A stretch of 61,386 bases of DNA, the filler included, from Candidatus Coatesbacteria bacterium (GTDB lineage Bacteria; JAFGND01): NCBI GenBank assembly GCA_016927185.1. It is 4 parts of 4 records of this genome, joined end to end, with 100 filler letters (N's around TTAATTAATTAA, not from the genome) between each part and the next. Parts side by side here need not be neighbours in the genome. Positions count along the whole stretch, not along the records: positions 1 to 24,175 come from JAFGND010000084.1; 3 more parts are not named here. The stretch is one strand, 5' to 3'. A program made the position numbers and the translations under genes. Shown here in pieces: positions 9,877 to 19,020 of this stretch. The notes below the pieces were generated by a model, which worked only from the letters and a program-made list of their open reading frames with translations, had not been told where the DNA came from and made no database searches. Position 1 is the stretch's first letter; every line of letters starts with the position of its first letter.

Positions 9877-11079
9877 TTATTCTTCTACAGGTTCTGCAAT
9901 TGATCCCATGAATAATATAAGGTTCGTACTGTTATCTTTTATTACAAAGAAATAAGGTCTGTCAAAAACCAGTACTATTGGTTTTGGAGGTTCCTTCTCT
10001 GGTGCACAACCAGCTGGCATATCAATTGCGGTTACTGCGGCAGCTTCTGTTTTCTCTTCATTCAACTCAAGATATGTCTTGTGAATTATCCTGCTTATCT
10101 TGAGAGGAAATACAGACATTCTGGAAAACTGTGCATCATTAGTGAATGCTGTTTTCATTCCCATTGGTTCAAGATCATCCTTGAGATTATCAATGTTATA
10201 AGTTAATTTAAGCTTAGGCATATAAATCTGGACTAATTTTGTTCTCATTGAAGAAATCCATTTTTCATAGTTATAACTATTAATATCAGACTGGAATTTT
10301 TCCAGCGAATAATCCTGGTCTGGCAGGAATAACACCAGACTCAACCTATCACCTTTGTAAGGTAGTGAAACAGACTGGAAATGCTCTCCCCTGAAATATC
10401 TAAGACTAAGATCATCTGAAATCATCTGCTTATGTTTTTTCTTGCCTTTAGTCGTCATGAAATCAGCATCTCTCGTTAGGCTTTTATCAAACTTGTATTT
10501 CCATTCGCTCTTGAAATAGACTGTATTAACTATTACACAAAGACTTGCCTTGACATCGTCAATTACCTTCTTGATAAGACCTTTCGTATTTTCTGATACC
10601 CAGTCATTTATAGGCTTGGGATCAGTAGTGAAATTATCAAGCCTTGCCTTGTAGAATCCACTGATATCATCCAGATAATCCTTCCGGAATTCCATGCCTT
10701 TCTTCAACCATATTGAGTTTGCAATCAGTAATTCAGTATCCTTGTCTGATACTACAGTTTTCTTTATAAGGCCTCCGAATGATTTGCTTACAATTTCAGG
10801 ATTCAGTCCTCCTAATTGCATTGCATTTCCCATTTCTTCTCTTGTCTTGCCATCAGCTCCATTGTAAACCATTGACATACATATAGATATGCTTGCGGGT
10901 GAAATGAATATATTTTTCCCGTTGTCACGTTTTATTATTTCTTTCAAAAGATTAATGCCAAAGGAATTACTGCTTTCAACTGCTTTTTTCACATTTTCAT
11001 CCACTAGCTTTATATCAGCATATAATAAGCTAACCATTGTCAAGACAAAAAACAAGAAGCTTTTTATTATTGCATTCAT
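9877..11079 (-). CDS. serpin family protein, secreted
   Basis: NIFISPASI, INDWVSENTKGLI, NTVYFKSEW, TEAAAVT hinge, FDRPYFFVI, ILFMG; RBS-supported start MNAIIK at 11079. Confidence 0.95.
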   Translation of the reverse strand: MNAIIKSFLFFVLTMVSLLYADIKLVDENVKKAVESSNSFGINLLKEIIKRDNGKNIFISPASISICMSMVYNGADGKTREEMGNAMQLGGLNPEIVSKSFGGLIKKTVVSDKDTELLIANSIWLKKGMEFRKDYLDDISGFYKARLDNFTTDPKPINDWVSENTKGLIKKVIDDVKASLCVIVNTVYFKSEWKYKFDKSLTRDADFMTTKGKKKHKQMISDDLSLRYFRGEHFQSVSLPYKGDRLSLVLFLPDQDYSLEKFQSDINSYNYEKWISSMRTKLVQIYMPKLKLTYNIDNLKDDLEPMGMKTAFTNDAQFSRMSVFPLKISRIIHKTYLELNEEKTEAAAVTAIDMPAGCAPEKEPPKPIVLVFDRPYFFVIKDNSTNLILFMGSIAEPVEE

Positions 11080-11098
11080 ATTCACCTTTTTCCTTTCT

Positions 11099-14000
11099 TT
11101 AAAATCCAAATTTCCCTTTTATTTCCTCCAGAATTGATATAATTCTATCATCATTTATATTCCTGCTAACTTCCATAGCATCATTGTATATTGCTTTCAC
11201 TTTTTCAATGTCCTTGAATTCCTTGAACTCCAGCAGCGATTCCAGATACTTAACCGATTTTACATGTATATACGATATCCAATTGATATCCTTGTATATA
11301 CTTAACATCCTGTCATAATAATACTTCAATCCTTCAAGATCCCTTCTCTTAAGACAAAGATCACCCAGTGCTTCACATGCGTCTGCTATATCTTCGTTTA
11401 TACCTGTTTCTTCAGAAATATTTAAAGCTTCCTTGAATATTTCTTCGGACATAGATAATTTATTTTCCTTGAGAAAAATGTTTCCATATGAAATAAGTGA
11501 ATATGCTTTCAGTCCCTTTTCTCCCATTTCCTCACAATTCTGTAAAGCTTTCAACAAGAATTCTTTTGATTTTTCCAGTTCATTTAATTCAAGATATGAT
11601 TTCCCGATATTGGCCAGGCATATTGTAATGCCAACCTTGTCCCCCACTTCTTCAATTATTCCAAGTATTTTGTGATAATATTCAAGAGCTTTTCGTCTGT
11701 CATTTTTTGTAAGAGCTATATTGGCAAGACCTCCCAGAGTATCCACTATTCCCTTCTTGTAATTCACTTCATTGAAAACTGAATTTGCCTCTATAAGCAA
11801 TTCCTCACTCTGCTTGAATTCACCTTTTATCAAGCAAACATCACTCAAATAGTTACAAGCATTCGCATACTCTACTTTCCTGTCCATCTTCTTGTATATT
11901 TGAAGACACTTGAGTATGCATGGTTCAGCCAGACTGCCATTTCCCAAAGATGAAAGATAAAGGGATGCAAATTCCATATTTACAGATGCTATAAGAGACA
12001 AGTCTCCGGTTTTCTCGGCATAAGAGAGACTTTTCTTTAGATATTCAAGAGAAAGATCTATCTTGTCAGCTGTTGTATAAAAAGATGATATTGATATATG
12101 AAGCCTTGCAAGCAGAAATAAATCATCCGTTAAAGGGACAATATCAAGCGCTTTTCTTACAAAATCATCTGCAGTGGAATAGTTCCCTAGAAGTTTGCAG
12201 GTCATTATCAGTCTTGTATAAATCTTTAACCTTCTATCATTGTCATTATCTTTTATCATATCAAGGGCACTTCTCAAATATCTTTCAGACATTGAAAGAG
12301 GACCTGTTATTTTGTATATCTCACTGATCTTTATGTATAAATCAGCAAGTTCTTGTTTATCATCCACAAGCAGTTCGAGCTTGCTGAACTTCTCAAGTGC
12401 TTCTTTGGCATAATAATGCTCAAGATAATAATCGCCAGCTATTTTCAGATAATATTTGTGTTTTTCTGTCAGCTCAGCTTTCTCAGAATGAATACAAAGA
12501 TCATCATAAAAATCCTCTATCCTGTCCTTGAAATTATCTTCAATTATTTCAAATGCCAGCTTATGTAGCTTTTTCCTTGTTTCGAAAAGCTGCATCTCGT
12601 AAGCAACATCCCTGTAAAGTATATGTGTAAAAAGATAATTCAAGTCTATAAGTGGCTTGCCTATTTCTTCTGGAGAAATAATGTTTATTTCTTCTGCAGA
12701 AGAAAGATCAGACTCAATGCTTCTGCTTGTAAGCATTGAAAGGAGGATTTTGATCGCGAATCTCTGTCCCAGTACGCTTGCATATTGCAATACTTCCTTA
12801 ACCTTTACTCCCAGTGAATCAATTCTTGCTACAAGAAGGTTATCTATTGAGTCTGGCAGTTCAACTTCCATTGATTTGAGTTTCCATATATTGTTTTCAA
12901 GTTCAATTAGCTTCTTCTCATTCAAATGTAGTATCCATTGTTCAAGATAAAAAGGATTTGATTTAGCTTTCTCCTTGAGCAGATTTATAAGATCTTCATC
13001 TGGCTCTCCTTCATGCAGTATTGCTTTCAGAAAACTCAACTCGCTTCCCTCAGTCAATAATTTCAGTTCTATTTCATTAATAATGCAGGAACTATGAATA
13101 TCAAGATTGACTTTTTCTCCATTCTCTTTGTATCTGCTTGTTATAAGGAAAATCACGGGACTTTTCATCAAATGCCTGGATAGAAAACTGACTAGTTCTT
13201 CTGTCATACCATCTATCCATTGAGCATCATCTATTTCAATCAAGAGAGGTTTTTCTTCAGATAAAGCTTTAAAAAACTCAGTAATGCAAATGAAAAGGTT
13301 AGCTTTTCTTATTTCAGAATCATCTATTGTTTCTGATAGGGATTGCTCAATTCTTATTCCAAGTTCATCTGCCATGAAGGAATATGTTTTAGCTAATTCA
13401 CTCCTTACATCTTCTGAAATTTTTCTGTTATTTATCAATTTATTAATACTCTCAAGAAAGATATTCTTGTCTTCTTGCCTGTTATGACCTTTCAAATCAA
13501 AATACTTCCTCAAGAAACGTTTCAAGCCATCCAGTCTTCTTGAAACCAGTGAATCGCATGGCAAGAAAGCCCAGTTGTGATGCAGGTTCTCAGTCTCCAG
13601 CCATTCAAGAAGAGCAAAAACCAGTCTGCTCTTGCCTATTCCAGGTTCACCATGAATATAGAAAAAACCTCCACATTTCCTTTTCAGAATCGTTTCTGAT
13701 ATAACCTGTTTAAGATATTGAAAATCTTTTTCTCTTCCTATCAATGGAATTGCGAATTTTTTTCTGTGAGGTAAATCTACTAGTTTCATGAATCTATAAA
13801 CAGGGAGTTTATGGCTTTTCCCCTTGAATTCCCTGTACAATGATAAAGGTATTCTTGCGAAACTCCTTGCCGTTTCTGCAACTGACTCACTGCAATAGAT
13901 TTCCTGCCAGCTGTCAGTAAAAGCCAGTCTTGCAGCGTAATTTACTGCATCAGCATAACAGGTAAATTCAGCGCGTCTTTGCCCTCCTGAAATTCCTGCA

Positions 14001-14956
14001 TAAACAAGTCCAAACGAAACTCCTATTCTGTAAAATATGGGTATCCCATCCTTTATAAGCCTCTGTTTCCATGTTGAAATAAATGAAAGAGCTCTTCTTA
14101 TATCATCTTCATGAGATACTGGAAAACCAAAGAAAATAAGAAATTTTGCTCCCTTATCCCCGAAATCCAGTCTTGAACAAAATCCACCGAAATTATCAAC
14201 TTCTTCATTTGTCATTATGAAAAGCTTATTGAGAAGGTTATAATCGAGATTACCCTTGAAGACAAGAAATATCGTACATACATACCTGAATTCAGCTGTC
14301 TTCCAGTTTTTCAATGTATCAGGGAAGAACTTGCTGAAGACTTCTATATTATTCCTTGTTATTGGTTTATGAGTTACCTCTGCCTCTGGAAAATCTGCAT
14401 TCAAGTATTTCTCAAGTTCCTCCGATACTCTGAATTCTCCCTTGCAAGTCTTGTGTTCTATATCAGATGCCTTGTCTATTGCTTCCCCCCTGAAATAGTA
14501 ATTGAATCTTTCAATACTTCCGACTATTCCCCATTCAACTTGTCCATCAGCAATTCCTATTTTCACTTCCAGATTAAAACAACCAAATTTCGTTTCTATA
14601 TTACAGTTCTTCTTGAAAAATGATATAATCTCTCTGGCAGCGGAAATTGCATTAATCGAAGCTATATCATTTTTCAATACATCTTTCTCGTCATAAGTGA
14701 TTAATGCTGTGAAAGCATCTCCTGCAAAGGTTGTAATGAAACCTCCATGTTTGTAGATTATCTCTACTGCCGGGTTAAATACATTCAAGATTGAATTGGT
14801 AAGAACTTCGCTTCCCTCTCTTCCATGCTTCAACATTTCTTCAGTCAAAGAGGTGAAGCCTGATATATCGCAGAAAATTGCTATTGCCTTGAATTCCCCC
14901 TTGAATTCCCCTTCCATATATTTTCTTTCAATGAAATCAGGAATATAAGCAGTCAT
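11099..14956 (-). CDS. class III adenylate/guanylate cyclase (two domains) + STAND-type AAA NTPase + TPR repeats
   Basis: FCDISGFT and FAGDA (C1); GDKG and DAVNYAARL (C2); GEPGIGKS and IEIDDAQW; C-terminal TPR array. Confidence 0.92.
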   Translation of the reverse strand: MTAYIPDFIERKYMEGEFKGEFKAIAIFCDISGFTSLTEEMLKHGREGSEVLTNSILNVFNPAVEIIYKHGGFITTFAGDAFTALITYDEKDVLKNDIASINAISAAREIISFFKKNCNIETKFGCFNLEVKIGIADGQVEWGIVGSIERFNYYFRGEAIDKASDIEHKTCKGEFRVSEELEKYLNADFPEAEVTHKPITRNNIEVFSKFFPDTLKNWKTAEFRYVCTIFLVFKGNLDYNLLNKLFIMTNEEVDNFGGFCSRLDFGDKGAKFLIFFGFPVSHEDDIRRALSFISTWKQRLIKDGIPIFYRIGVSFGLVYAGISGGQRRAEFTCYADAVNYAARLAFTDSWQEIYCSESVAETARSFARIPLSLYREFKGKSHKLPVYRFMKLVDLPHRKKFAIPLIGREKDFQYLKQVISETILKRKCGGFFYIHGEPGIGKSRLVFALLEWLETENLHHNWAFLPCDSLVSRRLDGLKRFLRKYFDLKGHNRQEDKNIFLESINKLINNRKISEDVRSELAKTYSFMADELGIRIEQSLSETIDDSEIRKANLFICITEFFKALSEEKPLLIEIDDAQWIDGMTEELVSFLSRHLMKSPVIFLITSRYKENGEKVNLDIHSSCIINEIELKLLTEGSELSFLKAILHEGEPDEDLINLLKEKAKSNPFYLEQWILHLNEKKLIELENNIWKLKSMEVELPDSIDNLLVARIDSLGVKVKEVLQYASVLGQRFAIKILLSMLTSRSIESDLSSAEEINIISPEEIGKPLIDLNYLFTHILYRDVAYEMQLFETRKKLHKLAFEIIEDNFKDRIEDFYDDLCIHSEKAELTEKHKYYLKIAGDYYLEHYYAKEALEKFSKLELLVDDKQELADLYIKISEIYKITGPLSMSERYLRSALDMIKDNDNDRRLKIYTRLIMTCKLLGNYSTADDFVRKALDIVPLTDDLFLLARLHISISSFYTTADKIDLSLEYLKKSLSYAEKTGDLSLIASVNMEFASLYLSSLGNGSLAEPCILKCLQIYKKMDRKVEYANACNYLSDVCLIKGEFKQSEELLIEANSVFNEVNYKKGIVDTLGGLANIALTKNDRRKALEYYHKILGIIEEVGDKVGITICLANIGKSYLELNELEKSKEFLLKALQNCEEMGEKGLKAYSLISYGNIFLKENKLSMSEEIFKEALNISEETGINEDIADACEALGDLCLKRRDLEGLKYYYDRMLSIYKDINWISYIHVKSVKYLESLLEFKEFKDIEKVKAIYNDAMEVSRNINDDRIISILEEIKGKFGF

Positions 14957-15139
14957 TTGTCTCCTTTTAGAAAACGAAATCTGTTTGCACTTAAAAATGT
15001 CAATAGTTTGGTTTCTTCAGAAATTTGCCCGGTGACATATATTTGCAATTTAAAACTGTTATATTTAAATTTCTGCACTTAAATACTTGACATAAAAAAG
15101 CAGAATTCCTTCATAGCTTATTAAATAAAGGAGGTAAAT

Positions 15140-16414
15140 ATGAGAATTTTTTTGATTTGTGCCCTGATTTTGGTTTTATCATGTTTTCTTTTTTCAGCTC
15201 CCGGGGATTTGATCTGGAAATTCAAGACAGAAAACTATGTCATATCTTCTCCATGTTTATCAGAAGAAGTGGTTTTCGTGGGTAGTTATGACACATATCT
15301 TTATGCAGTAAACAGTTCTGATAGTTCTCTTAAATGGAAATATCAGACAGGTGGATTTATGTGGTCTTCCCCATGCATTTCTGAAGATGTTGTATATATT
15401 GGATGTCTTGACAATTTCCTTTATGCAGTTAATGCAATTAATGGTTCACTTAAATGGAAATATGAAACCGGGAGTTTCATAAGGTCTTCACCTTGTGTTA
15501 AAGATAGTATTGTATATATTGGAAGTGATGATAGTTATCTATATGCAATAAGAAAATCAGACAGTACCCTTAAGTGGAGATATCAGACAGGCAGTTTTGT
15601 TTTCTCATCACCTTATGCTACTGACAATACAGTATATGTTGGAAGTTATGACAAGAATATTTATTCATTGAATGCTTCAGACGGCTCACTTAACTGGAAA
15701 TACCTGACTCAAGGAGCAGTTCAATCATCTCCATTTGCAGAAAACGGAGTGGTATATGCAGGCAGTGAGGATACTTATCTGTATGCGCTAAATAGTTCTG
15801 ATGGTTCCCTTAAATGGTCATATAAAACAGATAACAGTATTTTCTATTCATCACCATGCTTTGTGGAGGGAGTAGTCTATACTGGAAGTAATGATGGATA
15901 TATTCATGCAGTAAATAGTTCAAATGGTTCCCTCGTATGGAAATATGGGACAGGAAATTATATCTACTCATCTCCATGCGTTGAAAATGAGGTAGTCTAT
16001 TTTGGAAGTTATGATACAAATCTTTATGCAGTAAACAGCTCAAATGGTTCTCTTTCATGGGTATTCAAGACTGGAAATGCAATCTTCTCTTCTCCCTGTC
16101 TCTCAGAAGGAGTAGTTTACGTAGGAAGTCATGATGGATATCTTTATGCAATAGAAACATATGGATATGAGGGTTTCAAGGAAGACGGAATAAATCCAGG
16201 ATTGCCAAGCAATAATCTTGAAATCTCACCCAATCCATTTTCAAAGAGACTTGCAATATCATCTGACTCAGATATCTTAGTTTATTCCCTGACAGGTCAA
16301 TTAATAATGAAACTATCAAAAGGAAAGAATTCTATTGATACAAGCAATTGGAGAGAAGGAATATACATAATAAAAGCAGGGAATCTTGCAAAAAAAGTAG
16401 CAAAGATAAACTAA
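15140..16414 (+). CDS. secreted 8-bladed PQQ-like beta-propeller with C-terminal sorting-like domain
   Basis: Signal peptide; eight W.Y.T...SSP....VY.GS.D..LYA.N repeats; tail SPNPF...YSLTGQL...GIYIIK. Confidence 0.9.
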   Translation: MRIFLICALILVLSCFLFSAPGDLIWKFKTENYVISSPCLSEEVVFVGSYDTYLYAVNSSDSSLKWKYQTGGFMWSSPCISEDVVYIGCLDNFLYAVNAINGSLKWKYETGSFIRSSPCVKDSIVYIGSDDSYLYAIRKSDSTLKWRYQTGSFVFSSPYATDNTVYVGSYDKNIYSLNASDGSLNWKYLTQGAVQSSPFAENGVVYAGSEDTYLYALNSSDGSLKWSYKTDNSIFYSSPCFVEGVVYTGSNDGYIHAVNSSNGSLVWKYGTGNYIYSSPCVENEVVYFGSYDTNLYAVNSSNGSLSWVFKTGNAIFSSPCLSEGVVYVGSHDGYLYAIETYGYEGFKEDGINPGLPSNNLEISPNPFSKRLAISSDSDILVYSLTGQLIMKLSKGKNSIDTSNWREGIYIIKAGNLAKKVAKIN

Positions 16415-16582
16415 AGCATTTTAAATTGCTTCTTGTAACAAAAATACTGGAAAAGCAGGCAACTTGACTTTAATTTTTATTTTACTATATTGTAATAACT
16501 TTAAAACTGCTTTAGAAAACTAAAACAAAGATCCTGAAAAGGCAAGACAAAATCAATTATATAAAAATGAAAGGAAGGTTTT

Positions 16583-18016
16583 ATGGATGAAAAACGCTTA
16601 ACAACCAATCAGGGAGTTCCAGTACCAAACAATCAGAACTCACTTACTGTTGGAGAAAGAGGACCAGTTTTACTTCAGGATGTCCAGCTTATCGAAAAAC
16701 TAGCTCATTTTGACAGAGAGAGGATCCCTGAAAGAGTAGTACATGCAAAAGGAGCAGGCGCATTTGGCTACTTTAAAGTTCATCAAAGCATGGCAAAATA
16801 TACGATGGCTAAATTCCTTCAGGATCCAGCTAAGGAAACACCTGTTCTTGTAAGGTTTTCAACTGTTGTAGGGGCAAAAGGATCTGCAGATACAGCAAGA
16901 GATCCCAGGGGATTTGCAGTAAAATTCTATACTGAAGATGGAAATTATGACCTTGTGGGAAATAATCTGCCAGTATTTTTCATCAGGGATGCTTTCAAGT
17001 TTCCCGACATGGTTCATTCATTCAAACCTGCACCAGATACTAATGTCGTTGATGATAACAGGTTCTGGGACTTTATTTCTTTAACTCCAGAGTCCACTCA
17101 CATGATAACATGGCTTTACTCGGACAGAGGAACAGTAAAAAGCTACAGAACAATGGAAGGTTTCGGTGTAAATACTTACAAATGGATAAATGCAGAAGGG
17201 AAAGCAGTTTATGTTAAATATCACTGGAAACCCGAGTCAGGACTGCAGACTATTGACAGACATGAAGCAACACGGCTTGCAGGAGAAGATCCTGATGTAG
17301 CAACCAGAGACCTATTTGACACTATTGCATCAGGAAAGACAGTTGTATTTGACCTTCATGTACAGGTCATGGATATTGAAGATGAACTGAAACAAACCTT
17401 TGATCCACTTGACCCAACAAAAACATGGCCAGAAGACAAATTCCCTCTGATAAAAGTTGGAAAGATGGTATTAAATCGCAATCCTGGAAATTTCTTCGAG
17501 GAGATTGAACAGGCAGCATTCTGTCCTGCTTCCATAATACCAGGCATAGATCTTTCTGCTGACAAATTGCTTCAGGGAAGAGCATTTGCTTATGCTGATA
17601 CTCAAAGGCATAGACTTGGTGCCAATTATTTGCAATTAAAAGTCAATCAACCAAAAATTCCGGTCAATAACAATCAGCGTGATGGATTAATGCAATCAGA
17701 TATGCATAAAGGACATACCAACTATGAACCTAACACATTGTCTGATGGAATGCCAAAAGAAGCTTCTCCCATCCCTCTCGAGGATTTGAAACTGGAAGGT
17801 AAAGTTGGAAGGCAGAAAATATCAAAAACCAACGATTTTGAACAAGCAGGAGAGCATTACAGATCCCTTTCAAAGGTGGATCAGGATCATTTGATAGACA
17901 ATATCGTTGATTCATTATGCAAGGTTAATAAAGAAATACAGATGAGAATGATAGAAAATTTCATGAAGGCAGACAAGGAATTAGGAAAAAGAGTATCTGA
18001 TGGAATAAATACGTAG
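16583..18016 (+). CDS. katA: monofunctional heme catalase
   Basis: FDRERIPERVVHAKG, RDPRGFAVKFYT, QGRAFAYADTQRHRLG. Confidence 0.97.
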   Translation: MDEKRLTTNQGVPVPNNQNSLTVGERGPVLLQDVQLIEKLAHFDRERIPERVVHAKGAGAFGYFKVHQSMAKYTMAKFLQDPAKETPVLVRFSTVVGAKGSADTARDPRGFAVKFYTEDGNYDLVGNNLPVFFIRDAFKFPDMVHSFKPAPDTNVVDDNRFWDFISLTPESTHMITWLYSDRGTVKSYRTMEGFGVNTYKWINAEGKAVYVKYHWKPESGLQTIDRHEATRLAGEDPDVATRDLFDTIASGKTVVFDLHVQVMDIEDELKQTFDPLDPTKTWPEDKFPLIKVGKMVLNRNPGNFFEEIEQAAFCPASIIPGIDLSADKLLQGRAFAYADTQRHRLGANYLQLKVNQPKIPVNNNQRDGLMQSDMHKGHTNYEPNTLSDGMPKEASPIPLEDLKLEGKVGRQKISKTNDFEQAGEHYRSLSKVDQDHLIDNIVDSLCKVNKEIQMRMIENFMKADKELGKRVSDGINT

Positions 18017-18042
18017 AAATACTCTTTATCTTAGAAGTTAAG

Positions 18043-18077
18043 AAGTGAGGATAGTTTTGGCTATCCTCACTTTTTTT
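18043..18077 (+). terminator. intrinsic terminator between convergent catalase and carbamate kinase genes
   Basis: AAGTGAGGATAG-loop-CTATCCTCACTT followed by a T run. Confidence 0.85.
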
Positions 18078-19020
18078 AATCTGGAACAATATGTGTACCG
18101 GTTTTACCATCAAAAGCATCAACAAGCTTGTCAACATGCGAGATTATTGCTTTTACTCCACCATTCTTAAGATACCATAAAGAAGCAGCGACTTTGGGTT
18201 CCATGCTTCCAGAACCGAAGTGACCTTCATCAAGGTATCTCTGCATTTCCCTTGCAGTTACGACATCAAGTTCCTTTTGATCCGGTTTCTTGAAATTGAT
18301 ACTTACCTTATCAACCGCAGTCAATATTATCAGGGTTTCTACAACAACATCATCTGCAAGCACAGCTGTTGCCCAATCCTTGTCAATGACAGCATCAATT
18401 CCCTCAAGTTTGCCATCCTGGAGAAGATAGCAAGGTATTCCACCTCCACCGCTTGCAATGACTACGCAACCTTCTTCCAGAAGCTTGCTAACCGTATGTC
18501 TTTCCCATATCCTGTATGGTTTTGGGGAAGGAACAACTCTCCTGTATCCCCTGCCAGCATCTTCCTTTACTATCCAGCCATTCTTTTCATGCTTCAATGC
18601 TTCCTCTTTTGAATAAAAAGGACCGATTGGCTTGGTTGGATTTTCAAGCGCAGGGTCGTCAAGATGGACGAGAGCCTGACTCAATATAGTCACGACTTCC
18701 TTTCTTATTCCTGCCTTTCTCAGCATATTCTGCAGACTTTGCTGAAGCATGTAACCCATTGTGCCCTGTGTTGCCGCAACCAAAACACCAAGAGGGAGCT
18801 CCGGCACTTCTACTTTTGCGCGTTCTGCCATTAGAAGCATATCCCCAACTTGAGGTCCGTTTCCATGAGTGATTATTATCTCATATCCTCGCTTTACCAT
18901 TTCTACAATTCCAATAAGGGATTGCCTTGTCCTTGCAAACTGCTGGTAAATATTACCTTCTTCGCCCTCTCGCTTTATAGCGTTTCCACCAAATGCTACT
19001 GCCAGTATTTTCCTGCTCAT
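18076..19020 (-). CDS. arcC: carbamate kinase
   Basis: AFGGNA, ITHGNGPQVG, PTKPIGPFY, GRGYRRVVPSP, GGGGIP, AVIDKD, GSMEPKV. Confidence 0.96.
   Translation of the reverse strand: MSRKILAVAFGGNAIKREGEEGNIYQQFARTRQSLIGIVEMVKRGYEIIITHGNGPQVGDMLLMAERAKVEVPELPLGVLVAATQGTMGYMLQQSLQNMLRKAGIRKEVVTILSQALVHLDDPALENPTKPIGPFYSKEEALKHEKNGWIVKEDAGRGYRRVVPSPKPYRIWERHTVSKLLEEGCVVIASGGGGIPCYLLQDGKLEGIDAVIDKDWATAVLADDVVVETLIILTAVDKVSINFKKPDQKELDVVTAREMQRYLDEGHFGSGSMEPKVAASLWYLKNGGVKAIISHVDKLVDAFDGKTGTHIVPD

Noticed and set aside
15087-15120. Non-canonical -10 element suggested by several TTGACA boxes with poor -10 hexamers
   Set aside because: Other promoters (4549, 16464) have normal -10 boxes, and the sample is too small without TSS data
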